Shown: positions 1 through 11,216, counted from the stretch's first letter. The stretch is DNA of 64,000 nucleotides from an uncultured Acidobacteriota bacterium (GCA_963697775.1 CAVOPH010000010.1:11136-75135), one strand, 5' to 3'. The notes: a model not told the origin generated them from the sequence alone. Program-made: numbers and translations.

Positions 1-815
1 GGTATCCGCGCGGCGACGCGGAGCTGGAACAGATTCTCTACGTGCGATCGGGCGCAGCGCTTCAGCGCATCACGCTGTCGTTCGATGCGGTGGCCGCCGA
101 CGTCTACTGGATCCGCGCGATTCAGCATTATGGCGGTGACCGTCTGTCGGGCCCGAGGGCGCACACCAAGTATCAGTTGCTGTTCCCTCTGCTCGACCTC
201 ACCACCACGCTGGATCCGTACTTCAACATTGCCTATCGGTTCGGCGCGATCTTCCTGAGTGAGGCGTATCCGGGCGGCCCCGGGCGCCCCGATCAGTCGG
301 TGGCGCTCCTCCAGAAGGCCATCACGGTCATGCCACAGAAGTGGCAGTATTACCACGACATCGGATTCGTCTATTACTGGCGGATGCGCGATTACAAGAC
401 GGCGGCAACGTGGTTCCAGCAGGCAGCGGACCAGCCGAACGCGCCGAACTGGCTCCAGCCGTTGGCGGCGTCGATGCTCGTGCGCGGCAACGATCGGGCT
501 GCCGCGCGGTTCCTCTGGCAGCAGATTGCGAAATCGGAGGAAGCCTGGCTCAGGAGAAATGCCGAGCACTCGCTGCTGCAGCTTCAAGCGCTGGATCAGA
601 TCGATCAGCTCGAAGCCGTGATTCAACGGTTCCCGCCGGCGGCCGGCGAGCAGTACTCCTGGAATGATCTGATGCGTCGACGTATCTTGATTCGCGAGCC
701 GGTCGATCCTGCCGGCGCCCCGTATGTCATCGACCCTGCCACTGGCCGCGTGCAGGTGTCGGGACAGTCGCCGCTTTTCCCGATGCCGGAAGAGCCCCGG
801 CGCTTTCCGCAGTGA
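1..815 (+). CDS. TPR-like type IV pilus-associated protein (Myxococcus PilG / Geobacter XapA-like), 5'-truncated by window edge
   Basis: Frame is open from the window start (YPRGDAELEQILYVRSG...). Contains ADVYWIRAIQHYG, TPR-like helices (WQYYHDIGFVYY..YKTAATWFQQAA) and C-terminal DPAGAPY. Lies directly upstream of pilD. Confidence 0.6.
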   Translation, partial: YPRGDAELEQILYVRSGAALQRITLSFDAVAADVYWIRAIQHYGGDRLSGPRAHTKYQLLFPLLDLTTTLDPYFNIAYRFGAIFLSEAYPGGPGRPDQSVALLQKAITVMPQKWQYYHDIGFVYYWRMRDYKTAATWFQQAADQPNAPNWLQPLAASMLVRGNDRAAARFLWQQIAKSEEAWLRRNAEHSLLQLQALDQIDQLEAVIQRFPPAAGEQYSWNDLMRRRILIREPVDPAGAPYVIDPATGRVQVSGQSPLFPMPEEPRRFPQ

Positions 816-1582
816 ATCTCGAAGCGCCCCAGCTCGCGATTCTCGTCCTGCTCGGGCTGGCCGTCGGAAGCTTTCTCAACGTCTGCATCCATCGGCTGCC
901 GCGCGATCAGTCGCTCAACTCGCCCCCGTCGCGCTGTCCGTCGTGCGAGTACCGGCTTCGGTGGTTCGACAACATCCCGGTACTCAGCTACGTTCTCCTC
1001 GGCGGCCGCTGCCGGAAATGCCGCGCACGGATCTCGATCCGCTACCCGGTGGTCGAATTGATCACGATGGTGCTGTTTATCATCCATGGTGTCGTGTTTG
1101 GCTGGAGCGCACTGCTGGTCCCGCGCCTGGTGTTTGCGTGCGCGATGGTCGTGCTCTTCGCCATCGATCTGGAACATCAGCTGCTGCCAAACGTCATCAC
1201 GTTACCCGGAATCGTGGTTGGCCTGATCGCCAGCGCCGTGCTGCCACCGGGGATCGTGGACGCGCTCATTGGCGTGCTGATCGGCGGCGGTGTGCTGTGG
1301 CTGATTGGCGAGGCGTATTTCCGCTACTCGGGTCACGAAGGCATGGGCGGAGGAGACGTCAAGATGCTCGCCATGATTGGCGCGTTTCTCGGCTGGAAGC
1401 TGGTGCTCGTCACGCTCGTGTTGTCGTCAATCGCGGGATCCGTGATTGGGCTGCTCGTCATCGCCATTCGAAAGGGCGGGATGAAGTACGCACTGCCGTA
1501 CGGGACGTTTCTGGCGCTGGGCGCGCTGGTCGCGTCGCTCGCCGGTGATGCGATCGTGAATTGGTATGTGGGACTCTACTGA
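812..1582 (+). CDS. pilD: Prepilin peptidase / N-methyltransferase (A24)
   Basis: GSFLNVCIHRLP, two CxxC pairs, IDLEHQLLP and GMGGGDVKM catalytic Asp motifs, LPYGTFLALG. Confidence 0.95.
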   Translation: MNLEAPQLAILVLLGLAVGSFLNVCIHRLPRDQSLNSPPSRCPSCEYRLRWFDNIPVLSYVLLGGRCRKCRARISIRYPVVELITMVLFIIHGVVFGWSALLVPRLVFACAMVVLFAIDLEHQLLPNVITLPGIVVGLIASAVLPPGIVDALIGVLIGGGVLWLIGEAYFRYSGHEGMGGGDVKMLAMIGAFLGWKLVLVTLVLSSIAGSVIGLLVIAIRKGGMKYALPYGTFLALGALVASLAGDAIVNWYVGLY

Positions 1583-1587
1583 ACTGT

Positions 1588-1676
1588 GGAATTGCTGAAT
1601 GCTGAATGCTGATTTGATCTTTCAATCAGCAATCAGCGATCAGCAATCAGCAATCAGAATCGACAATCAACAATTG
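1588..1676. repeat. Inverted heptamer array (TGCTGAA x3 facing AATCAGC x~7, partly degenerate)
   Basis: ttgctgaatgctgaatgctgatt then caatcagcaatcagcgatcagcaatcagcaatcag, between pilD and the kinase gene. Confidence 0.85.
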
Positions 1677-1690
1677 CGGATCCTCACCCA

Positions 1691-2944
1691 ATGACTAGGG
1701 CCGGCTCCCTTCTCCTTCTGCTCACCGCGATCGTCGCGGCGCTGGCGGGCATCCTCGCCTTCGCAGTCAGCAAGTTCTTTGCGGCGGCGCGCACGGCAAC
1801 GAAAGCGGGACGCGAAGGGGGAGCGGAAACGGCGTTCATGGCCGCCGCGATGGAAGAGGCGTTGCAGAAGATGCGCACGCAGGAGCGTGCAATGCAGGCG
1901 CGCGCCGAGGCGTCCGAGCGCTTGAGCGGCGAGATCATCGCGAGCATGACATCCGGCCTCCTGGTCGTCAGCCAGGAAGGCATTGTGCGCACGCTGAACC
2001 CGGCGGGCCAGCAACTCCTCGGTCTCCCCGATTCCGACTGGATGCGCAATTACCGCGACGTACTCGCCGATTCGGCGCCGCTCGCCGACGTCATCAAGGA
2101 ATGCCTCATCGGCCGCCGGCCCATCGTCCGGCGAACGGTGAAAATGGATCGCGGCGCCGGAGCCTCACATCTGGGGATTACCGTTTCGCCCATCAGGGAC
2201 GTCGAGGGGCACGAGCACGGGGCAATCTGCCTGTTCAGCGATCTCAGTGAGGTCGCCGATCTCGAGGACCAGCTGCGGCTCAAGGACAGTCTGGCCCGGC
2301 TGGGCGAGCTGACCGCAGGCATTGCCCACGAATTCCGCAACGGCCTGGCGACCATCCATGGGTACAGCCGGCTCTTGGACCTGCAACGGCTTCCCGCGGA
2401 TTTCAAACCCTACGTTCAGGGAATCCGCGAGGAGACCGAAGAGCTCGGCCAGGTCGTCACCAACTTTCTCAATTTTGCCAAGCCCACTGAATTGCTCCTG
2501 GTGCCCGTGGACGTTGGCATCCTCGCCGAAAAGGCCGCCGAGGAGATTCGGACCGAGGCTCGGGCCCGAGGCGGCGAGGTGACGGTAACCGGTCACTTCG
2601 GCATCGTCGAGGGAGACGAAGTGCTGCTGCGGCAGGCGCTCAGTAATCTGTGCCGGAATGCCCTCGAGGCCTGCACTGACGTTGCCCCCCGCATCACCGT
2701 CGAGGGGGGGACCGACGCCGCGGGGATGCTGCGGGTGAGTGTGACCGACAACGGGCGGGGAGTGGATCCAGCGATCGGGGACCGGATTTTCCGCCCGTTC
2801 TTCACCACCAAGGCTCGAGGGACCGGCCTGGGACTGGCCCTGGTCCAGAAGATTATCGTGACCCACAACGGGCGGGTGAGCGCCGCAAACGTCGACGGCG
2901 GTGGCGCCTGTCTGACGGTGGTTTTGCCCCTCCGCACGGCCTGA
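1691..2944 (+). CDS. PAS-domain sensor histidine kinase, PilS/NtrB-like
   Basis: N-terminal TM, PAS region, H-box AGIAHEFRNGL, N-box LSNLCRNA, DNGRG, PFFTTK, GTGLGL. Confidence 0.9.
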   Translation: MTRAGSLLLLLTAIVAALAGILAFAVSKFFAAARTATKAGREGGAETAFMAAAMEEALQKMRTQERAMQARAEASERLSGEIIASMTSGLLVVSQEGIVRTLNPAGQQLLGLPDSDWMRNYRDVLADSAPLADVIKECLIGRRPIVRRTVKMDRGAGASHLGITVSPIRDVEGHEHGAICLFSDLSEVADLEDQLRLKDSLARLGELTAGIAHEFRNGLATIHGYSRLLDLQRLPADFKPYVQGIREETEELGQVVTNFLNFAKPTELLLVPVDVGILAEKAAEEIRTEARARGGEVTVTGHFGIVEGDEVLLRQALSNLCRNALEACTDVAPRITVEGGTDAAGMLRVSVTDNGRGVDPAIGDRIFRPFFTTKARGTGLGLALVQKIIVTHNGRVSAANVDGGGACLTVVLPLRTA

Positions 2945-3091
2945 TTTCGGCCCTCTCACCAGAAATGTTAGGGCCGTGCCAGAACTGCACACCATTCTTG
3001 ACGACCGGTCTGACCCCCGGCCCTCTTCCGGCCGAATAAATACAGTAGGAATACCCACTTAACCCAACTCGTTCAACGACATAACCCACCG

Positions 3092-3107
3092 TGGCAGCCC
3101 TATTGCT
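3092..3107 (+). promoter_or_regulatory. sigma54 -24/-12 promoter for minor-pilin cassette 1
   Basis: TGGCAGCCCTATTGCT (GG-N10-GC) just upstream of the FimT-like gene; a sigma54 activator is encoded in the locus. Confidence 0.65.
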
Positions 3108-3123
3108 GAAGTGGGGGTTACAG

Positions 3124-3672
3124 ATGTTTTTCCGCGCTCGCCACGATCGTGGGTTCTCGGTTATCGAGCTGATGATGGTCGTGTTGATGATCGGCACGCT
3201 CGCCGCCATCGCCGTGCCGGTCATGACCGACATGACGGCCAGCATCAAGCTCAATGAGGCGGCGCGGATCGTCGAGCGCGAGATGCAGGACGCTCGTTTG
3301 AAGGCCGTGTCGTCGAACCGGGTGATTCGAGTCCGGCTCAATTGTCCTGCTGCCGGCTATATCCGCAGCGTGGAGGTGCTCGGCACCGCCGCCGACAACG
3401 CATCGAACCGCTGCATGACGACGCCCTATCCGTTTCCGCCGCCAGACGACGACATCATGACCCGGCCGAATTTCGACGGACCGGTTCGAGTGCTGCCCAA
3501 CGCCGCCACGGTCACCAACGAGGTGTTGCAGTTCAGCCCTGACGGCACAGCCGTCAGCGTCATCAACGGGACGCCAACGACGATCGCGACGCCGGTGACG
3601 GTGACGATCTCGCGCCACGGGAAATCAAAAACAGTGACGGTCAACAGTGTCGGCAAAGTTCAACTCCAATAA
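3124..3672 (+). CDS. GspH/FimT-like minor pilin
   Basis: Class III signal peptide RG|FSVIELMMVV; C-terminal FSPDG...VTVNSVGKV. Confidence 0.85.
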   Translation: MFFRARHDRGFSVIELMMVVLMIGTLAAIAVPVMTDMTASIKLNEAARIVEREMQDARLKAVSSNRVIRVRLNCPAAGYIRSVEVLGTAADNASNRCMTTPYPFPPPDDDIMTRPNFDGPVRVLPNAATVTNEVLQFSPDGTAVSVINGTPTTIATPVTVTISRHGKSKTVTVNSVGKVQLQ

Positions 3673-4225
3673 CCGCGGATTCAGCCTCATCGAGGTGCTC
3701 GTCGCGATGGGCCTGCTGACGGTCGTGTCGCTCGGCGTGGCGCAGCTGTTTGCGCTGTCGACGCGCGCCAACGTGATCGCCAAGGGGCAGACCTCGACGA
3801 CCGCGATGGCGGAGCAGAAACTCGAACAGCTGCGCGGGCTCACCTGGGGTTTCGACCTGGCGGGACAGGGCTTACCGTTGTCGGATACCACGACGAACCT
3901 GACGGTGACGCCGCCGACGCACAACGGCACCGGCTTGAACCCGTCGCCAGCCGACACGCTTGAGCAGAACACCGACGGCTTCGTTGATTTTCTGGACGGC
4001 AACGGCTCATGGGTTGGCACCGGGTCGACGCCGCCCGGTTCCGCCGTCTACATTCGCCGCTGGTCGATTACGCCGCTGCCCACGAACCCGAACAACACGC
4101 TGGTGATTGAGGTTCTGGTGACACCGGTGACGAACGAGCTCGCACGGGTACAGTCCGCCTTCAGCCGTACCCGGATGGCTGGCGACGCGTTGCTCGTGAC
4201 GGTCAGGACGAGGAAGGCATCATGA
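3647..4225 (+). CDS. PilV-like minor pilin (copy 1)
   Basis: RG|FSLIEVLVAM, AEQKLEQLR, YIRRWSI. Confidence 0.85.
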   Translation: MSAKFNSNNRGFSLIEVLVAMGLLTVVSLGVAQLFALSTRANVIAKGQTSTTAMAEQKLEQLRGLTWGFDLAGQGLPLSDTTTNLTVTPPTHNGTGLNPSPADTLEQNTDGFVDFLDGNGSWVGTGSTPPGSAVYIRRWSITPLPTNPNNTLVIEVLVTPVTNELARVQSAFSRTRMAGDALLVTVRTRKAS

Positions 4226-5333
4226 CGTCCACCCGCCCCGTCACTCGGTACGCATGAAGCCGGTTACACGCTGATCGAGCTACTCGTGTCGACCGCGATT
4301 ATGGTCACGGTCACCGGGGCGATCTTCTCGCTGATGAACCCGGCGCAGGGAAATGCGCAGACGCAACCAGAAGTCGCCGACATGCAGCAGCGGATGCGTG
4401 TCGGAAACGACATGCTGTTCAAGGAAGTCATGATGGCGGGTGCCGGACCCTATCAGGGGAATATTACGGGTTCGCTGATCAAATACTTCGCGCCGATCAT
4501 TCCCCGGCGGGTTGGGGATATCGCCCCGGATCCGGCGGTCGGTGCAGGTAGTTTCACGACCGATCGCCTCACACTCCAGTACATCCCGAACACCTATTCG
4601 CAGACCACCATCAGTCAGGCGATGCCGCCGCAGTCGGCGGAGTTGAAAGTCACGCCGCAGATCAACTGTCCGGCCGACGCCAACAACCTCTGTGGTTTCA
4701 CACAGGGCATGGAAGTCATCATCTTCGATGACTCGGGAAACTATGACACGTTCACCATCACCAATGTGCAGGATGCCGCCGTCCACGTTCAGCACCGTGG
4801 CACTGATCTCAACTACAAGTACTCGGCCGGGGCATCCATCACGCAACTGGTCAGCTACACCTACTATCTCGATCGCACGACGAACCAGCTAAAGCGGTAC
4901 GACGGCCATGCCAAGGAGGAAGCCATCGTCGACAATGTGGTCGATCTTCGCTTCACCTACTTCGGCGATCCGAATCCTCCGATGGCTCCAAAGCCAAAAC
5001 TGGGCGTGGACAACTGCTTGTACGACGCGGCTGGAAACTACTCCGACTCTGCCGGTGTTGTCCGCCACCGACGGTTCACTCGCGGAACTGACCGCGGGGC
5101 AGCTGACCGACGGCCCGATGTGCGGTACCGGCGACAACCAGTACGACGCGGATCTCCTGCGCATCCGGAAGATCCGGGTCACGATGCGCGTCCAGGCCGC
5201 GACGGCCAGCCTGCGCGGCACGGATACCACACTGTTCAGGAATCCTGGAACCGCCAGGGGCGGCGAACGCTACGTGCCGGACTACCAGCTGTCCTTCGAT
5301 ATTTCGCCCCGTAACCTCAACCTCACACGGTGA
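4222..5333 (+). CDS. PilW-like minor pilin (copy 1); apparent frameshifts near 4250 and 5040
   Basis: AG|YTLIELLVST recoverable upstream of ORF 4286. The C-terminus DADLLRIRKIRVTMRV...PRNL lies in ORF 4908..5333 and matches the paralog at 11795. Confidence 0.8.
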
Positions 5334-6115
5334 TGGAGAACATGAACCGCTTTCGCGCCCGGCTCGCCGACGAACGTGGCGTAGCGCTCATCATCGCGCT
5401 GATGGCGATGATGCTGTTGACAGCGCTTGGGGCTGCGATCGTCATGGTCAGCAACACCGAGACGCACATCGCCGGCAACTACCGCAACAGTCAGGAAGCG
5501 CTGTATGCGGCCGATGCCGGGGTCGAGCGTGTCGTGCAGGACCTGCTGCTCATCCCGCGATGGAACGACATTCTGGCCGGCACTACCCAGTCCGGATTCG
5601 TTGACGGCGCGATGACGTCGGCCAAGACGCTGCCGGGCGGCGGACACATGACGCTCTGCTGCGGAACGAACACCGCCACCGCTCAGCTCCAGGCGGAAAC
5701 CGACACGGCAAACCTGTGGGGCGCAAACAACCCGCAATGGAAGCTCTTTGCCTGGGGTCCGCTCGCGGACATGCTCCCGAACAGCCAGATCGACAGCCCG
5801 ATGTATCTCGCGGTCTGGATAGCCGACGATCCAGCCGACGGCCCCGACCTCAACACCGCCGACGGCAATCCTGTCGTCGACACCAACGGCACGCTGACGC
5901 TGCACGCCGAGGCGATTGGACCGAGCGGCACGCGCAAGGTGGTCGAGATAACCGTTGCGCGGACGTCGAGCACCGAAATCGAGCGCGGCCAGATCGCGCA
6001 GCGCGGTCAGGAAGAGCTGAACCAGCGCGCGCGCAAGGCCGCCGTGCAGACTCCCGGCAAGGGCCTGACGAACATGCGGATGAACAACTCGACTGGCAAC
6101 CTGGTCGTGCAGTGA
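5330..6115 (+). CDS. PilX-like minor pilin (copy 1)
   Basis: ERG|VALIIALM lacks Glu5, typical of PilX; ALYAADAGVER. Confidence 0.85.
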   Translation: MMENMNRFRARLADERGVALIIALMAMMLLTALGAAIVMVSNTETHIAGNYRNSQEALYAADAGVERVVQDLLLIPRWNDILAGTTQSGFVDGAMTSAKTLPGGGHMTLCCGTNTATAQLQAETDTANLWGANNPQWKLFAWGPLADMLPNSQIDSPMYLAVWIADDPADGPDLNTADGNPVVDTNGTLTLHAEAIGPSGTRKVVEITVARTSSTEIERGQIAQRGQEELNQRARKAAVQTPGKGLTNMRMNNSTGNLVVQ

Positions 6116-9100
6116 TGACTGAACAGACTGAGATAAAGCCCCGCCGGCGCAGCGCGCCACGTTCGCCGCGCCGGCGTTCACGCAGCCTGTTGCGCCGCCG
6201 TGCCAGCGCCACGGTGCTGCTTGCCGTCCTTGCGACCTTCTGGTGGTCGACGACCGCGTTCGCGCAGCTGGATCCGCTGCTGTTCATCAAGCGCGTGCCG
6301 CCGACGGTCATCGTCGTGTTCGACACGTCGATGCGCATGCTCGAGGACGGCAGCGGCAACTGGTACGATCCGAACTTCTACGTCGTCGCTGACGATCCCG
6401 GTGTCATGCCGGCATTCTCGGGCATTGGTGCGGCAAAGACCTACCGACGGGTCTACCGCAACTTGCAGTCCGCGTCAGCGCCTGGCAAATACACGGCGGA
6501 CACGATCGCGACGACCGCCGCGGTGTGGGATCCGGCGAACGCGCTGACATCGAACGCGGCGGCGGATCTGCTGTTCTTGAATCCAACCCGCTACAACATC
6601 GCGAAGCAGGGGCTTTCTGCCGCCGTGGCTGAGAACACCAGCAGCCGATGGGGGGTCGTCAAGCTGCGTCAGAACCTGCCGCAATGGCGAACCAGTGCGA
6701 ACTGCGACAAGCCCGTGCAGGTCTCGGACTTGAGCCAGTCTCTTTATAAGGATGCCAACCCCTGCAACACGGGCGTGTGGGGGAGCTACGGGATTGACGC
6801 TCCGTCGGTCGCGGTTCCGAACTACTCATTGGGTTCAGCGCCGGCCGGAACCGTCGTGGTGACGCCTGCCGCGAACACCGCGAATACGGTGACCACGCTG
6901 CTGGCGCGGAATCCGAACGATCCCAGCGCATTGATTCCAGCCAGCATGCCGAGCCTCGGAGTCGTCGACCGTCCGATCGATTTCGCGCTGACCGATGCAC
7001 GCGCGGCGGCGGTTGCGGCGATGACCGCGGACTCGGCCGCCAATCGCACGTGCCGTAATACGATCGTGGTCCTGATTACCGGCGGCAGGGACAACGGCGA
7101 CGCTGGCTACAACGGCTCGCACAACACCGCGACGACCGCCTCGTCGTTTTTGTCGGTCACGGCGAGCGGCGTGACCAAGCGGGTGCCGATCGCGGTGATC
7201 GCGGTCAAACCAAATGTTGCCGACGTGGCGCCACTGCAGGCGATTGCGACCAATAGCGGCGGGTTCTACTTCAGCGCGTCGACTGCCTTCGAGGTCACCG
7301 CCGCCGTCGATCGTGCGGTGCAGCAGGCCTTTGCCCGGTCAGCCGATTTCGATACCAGCACGACGAGCGAGTTCTCGCCCGTCAGCCCGATTGTCGGAAC
7401 GGTGAACTTGAAGAACGCCCGCGACGCGAACGGCAGCTCGCTGCCGAACACCGACATCACCGCCAATCCTGGCGGTCAGGATCTTCCACAGCGCAGCAAT
7501 TTCCTGCTGACGGGCGGTTTCACGCTGCCCGGATTCGACGGCGTTTTACGCGCGTTCCGTACCTATAAGCCGGTTGCGGATTCGACCAAGCCGACCGGAT
7601 GGAAATTCGTGAATGACGGCACCCGCCTCTGGCCCGATCTGGATGGGCGTCCGTCAATGGCCGGCAAGGCCCGGATCCCATTGGATCCGAACACGCGCAA
7701 CATCTATACATACATCCCCACCGGCGGCGGCGGGGGCTCCATGATTCCGTTCACGACGGCGAACGCGGCGGTGCTGTCTCCGCATATGGGAACCAACGCG
7801 ACGACCGCCGCGCTCATCACGGCGATTCGGGCCCAGGGCATCGGCGCGATCATCGGCTCAACGCCGGCGGTCATGGACGTCCCCTCGCTCGATCCGCCGC
7901 CCGACGACGACTACGGACGGGCGGATGTACCCGACGTCGTTTGCCGGACTCCACAAGGATCGCCGGGCGCTGATCTTCGTCGGCGCCAACGACGGCATGG
8001 TCCACGCAATCGACGCGCGGACCGGGTACGAGGTGTGGGCGTTCATCCCGTATAACCTCCTGCCGAAGCTGAAGACGTTCCGCGATGGACAGGGGATCGA
8101 TCAGTTCGATTACTTCGTCGACAGTTCGCCCAAGATCGCCGAGGTCAAGTTGGCCGGCGTGTGGAGGAGCCTGCTGCTCATCGGAGAGGGCCCTGGCGGC
8201 ACGTTCTACCAGACCTTCGACGTCACCGAAGCGGGCATGGGACTGGCTCCGGAGCAGGACAATCTTGGGGCGGTCAACACCATGCTGAGCATGTTCGATA
8301 CGCCGAACGAGTCGATCGTGTTCAAGTGGGCCTTTCCGAACTACGACAGCTTCGATCCGACCTACTCGGCGACGTTCACCGTGACGGACGCAACACCAGG
8401 CGGCAAACAGCGCATTTACGGCGACCTCAAGGCGTCGGCGACGTTTGCGGAAAAGACCGTTGGATATACGTGGTCAGACCCGGCCATCGGCGCGCTGACG
8501 TCGGACCGCTCCGTCACCGCGGTCATCGTCGGGTCCGGCTATTTCCCGGACATCGAGGCATCGATCCCCAACCGCGGTGCGGCGGCGCCGAAGGCGGGAC
8601 GCGCGATGTATCTCATCGATGCCAACACCGGGTTGCTGCTCGGAAACAGCTCAGGCGGATCGTGCCCAGCCATCTCGAGCGGCTCCGGCTCCGGAACCGG
8701 CTGTGTCATCGTCCCGGAACTGGCGGGGAACAATCGAAAGAATGCGCTCCAGGCAGATCCGACGGCCGCGGGTGAGAGTGGTTCGGTCGCCGTATCGAAG
8801 GCTTACGTCGGCGATATCGATGGCAAGTACTGGAGATTCACGTTCACGCCCACCGGCACCATCACCGCCAACGAGATGGTCGATACCGGCCAGCCGATTT
8901 TCGCTTCGTCGGCGCTCTTGTTTGTTGGGACGACTGACGTGTACATGTTTTTTGCCACCGGCAGCGATCTGTTGCCTGCCAGCGCGCCCGGAGGAGCCGA
9001 TACGTTCAAGTTGTATGGCTTGAAGGACAACGCGCCCGGCGGTGGCGCGAGCACGAAGTTCGCGGTCGATCTGACAAAGGTGACCAATTCGGGCGGCCTG

Positions 9101-9463
9101 GCGACGGGCGAGCGGCCATCGACATCGCCGTCGGTTGCCGGCGATATCGTGTTCTATACGACGACAACCGAGACCGCGTCAACGCCGTGCGCGGACTTCA
9201 GCGCGAATCTGTATGCGTTGACGTATGCCGGTGGCGCGGCGTACGACGCGAACAACAACGGCAAGATTGAGAACAACGAGAGCCCGATCGCGAAGACCGT
9301 TGCCGGTCGCGCGACGGCGCCGTTCATCGTCGATCAGCACCTCTATACGGCCACAAGCGGTGCAAACGGGGCTCGCGTCGAGGCGTTCGGCGATCCGGAA
9401 GACTTCAACAACGGTATCGGACAGGTCGGCGTTCGCATCCTGTCGTGGCGGGAAATTCGTTAG
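6115..9463 (+). CDS. pilY1: PilY1/PilC-like tip adhesin (vWA-like domain plus beta-propeller); one frameshift near 7925
   Basis: Signal peptide ..TAFA|Q; vWA-like VIVVFDTS and TIVVLITGG; propeller motifs IFVGANDGMVHA, EVWAFIP, YFVDSSP, YTWSDP, AYVGDIDG; terminal RILSWREI. Confidence 0.85.
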
Positions 9464-10374
9464 TGACGGCAGCCATCGTCTGTCAGAAGTGCGGCGCCAA
9501 GCTCCGTCCCGGGCGGGATCGGTGTCCGCGCTGTCGTGCGTTCATTACGGCGCCGGATCCCGCGCGTGCTGCCGCCGAGAGCCGGAAGCTGATGAAGATG
9601 ACGGCTGTCCTGATGGGCATGTTCGTGCTGCTGCTGGCAGGTCTCTGGCTGCGGCGCGGAGCCGCACCGGTCGCGTCGTCAGCGCGACCCGTGACTGCGG
9701 CGGTGCGGCCGCGCGCTACGGGGGCCGATGCCGCGCAACCGGTTCAGACTCGGCAGGTCGGACGGGATCGTCCTTTTCTGGACGCTGCGGATGAGGGAGC
9801 TCTTGCCTACGAGGCCGGCGATCTTGCCTCGGCGCTTGCCAAATACCAGGCCGCGATTGAACAGAACCCTCAGGACACCGATTCGCTGAGCAACCTCGGG
9901 CAGGTCCTCGTCAAGATGAATCGTCCGGCGGATGCCATCCCCTATCTTTCGAAGGCCGTCGGGCTGGCACCTGACCGCTGGGCCTACCAGTTCAATCTGG
10001 CGCGGGCGCTCGGTCTGGTCGGACGTCTCGACGAATCGATCCAGGGCTACCGGGTCGCGCAGCAGCTCTTTCCCAACGACTACGTGACGACGTTCAACCT
10101 GGCGCTTGCGCTGCACAAGCAGGGCGATGAGGCAGCCGCGGTCGAGCAGTATCAGAAGGCGATCACATTGCAGCCCGACGACGCGTCGTTCCGGAAGGCG
10201 CTGGCGATCAGCTACGAGCGGCTTCAGAAGTCCGCTGAGGCGGCAGCGGCGTATCAAGAGTACCTGCGGCTGTCGCCAGCAGCGCCTGACGCCGATAACG
10301 TGCGTGTACGGATAGCCGAACTGACCGGAGCAGCCGCGCCGTCCCCATCGTCGGGCGACACAGGTCGGCTCTGA
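9463..10374 (+). CDS. Zinc-ribbon / TM / TPR-repeat protein
   Basis: CQKC..CPRC, hydrophobic helix, about 5 TPRs (SNLGQVL, FNLARAL, FNLALAL). Confidence 0.8.
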   Translation: MTAAIVCQKCGAKLRPGRDRCPRCRAFITAPDPARAAAESRKLMKMTAVLMGMFVLLLAGLWLRRGAAPVASSARPVTAAVRPRATGADAAQPVQTRQVGRDRPFLDAADEGALAYEAGDLASALAKYQAAIEQNPQDTDSLSNLGQVLVKMNRPADAIPYLSKAVGLAPDRWAYQFNLARALGLVGRLDESIQGYRVAQQLFPNDYVTTFNLALALHKQGDEAAAVEQYQKAITLQPDDASFRKALAISYERLQKSAEAAAAYQEYLRLSPAAPDADNVRVRIAELTGAAAPSPSSGDTGRL

Positions 10375-10512
10375 GAACTTCGAACGGCGGCTCGCGGGAC
10401 CTATTTTTGCATTCGTGCGACGTTCGCAGTAAGAACTCCGGGCGTTTGTCTCTGTTACACTGAAAGGTGTCGGGCTTTCCCCGGGAAGTGCGAGCCACTT
10501 TCTTGAAGCGTT

Positions 10513-11070
10513 ATGAACGTCAAAGCCTCTAAGCGGATTGTGGCGACGGGCCTCGGGCTTTTGTTCTGTCTTCGAGCGGCTGTTGCGCTCGCACAGACGC
10601 CGCCGCCACTCGCGGACCTCGCGCAAAAGGAACAGGAACGCCGCAAGGCGCTCAAAGGCGCTGCCGGCAAGGTCTATTCGGACAAGGACCTTCCCAAGGC
10701 AGCGACGCCACCGATCGCGTCGACAGTGCCGTCGCCGACAGTCGTCCCGGCTGAAGCCAAGCCCGCGGAAACCAAGCCGGACGATCAGAAGGACGAAACG
10801 TGGTGGCGCAACCGGATGGCGCAGGCGCGGGAAGCGCAGCGGCGCGGCGAGGCGTTTGCCGCCGCGCTCCAAAGTCAAATCAACGGCCTCACGACGGATG
10901 TCGTCAACCGCGACGACCCCTATCAGCGCGCGAAGCTCGCCGACAATCGACTGAAGGCGGTCTCCGAGCTGCAGCGTGTCACCGGCGAGATTGAACAGGC
11001 CAAGAAGGACATCACCGATATCGAAGAAGAGGCACGTCGGGCCAACGTCCCTCCGGGCTGGCTTCGCTGA
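10513..11070 (+). CDS. Secreted coiled-coil hypothetical protein
   Basis: Signal peptide ..ALA|Q, KVYSDKDL, Pro-rich linker, helical C-terminus ending VPPGWLR. Confidence 0.7.
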   Translation: MNVKASKRIVATGLGLLFCLRAAVALAQTPPPLADLAQKEQERRKALKGAAGKVYSDKDLPKAATPPIASTVPSPTVVPAEAKPAETKPDDQKDETWWRNRMAQAREAQRRGEAFAAALQSQINGLTTDVVNRDDPYQRAKLADNRLKAVSELQRVTGEIEQAKKDITDIEEEARRANVPPGWLR

Positions 11071-11200
11071 CGCGAGGGTCCGCAGTTTCTGAATCACCCC
11101 GCGCTTTTCTCGATCTCGAATTCTGCGCTATTTCCTGAGTCGGTTTAGAAGTCCTTCCGCATTTACGCCGGTTTTCACCCAATCCATCTGACGACACCCG

Positions 11201-11216
11201 TGGAGCGCCGGTTGCA
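11201..11216 (+). promoter_or_regulatory. sigma54 -24/-12 promoter for minor-pilin cassette 2
   Basis: TGGAGCGCCGGTTGCA (GG-N10-GC); upstream context ACGACA..CCGTGG is shared with the 3092 site. Confidence 0.6.

Noticed and set aside
10420-10535. c-di-GMP-I riboswitch-like fragments (ACACT-GAAA-GGTGT hairpin, CAAAGCCTC)
   Set aside because: Order and spacing do not fit the GEMM consensus; TGTTACACT is better read as an extended -10 box.
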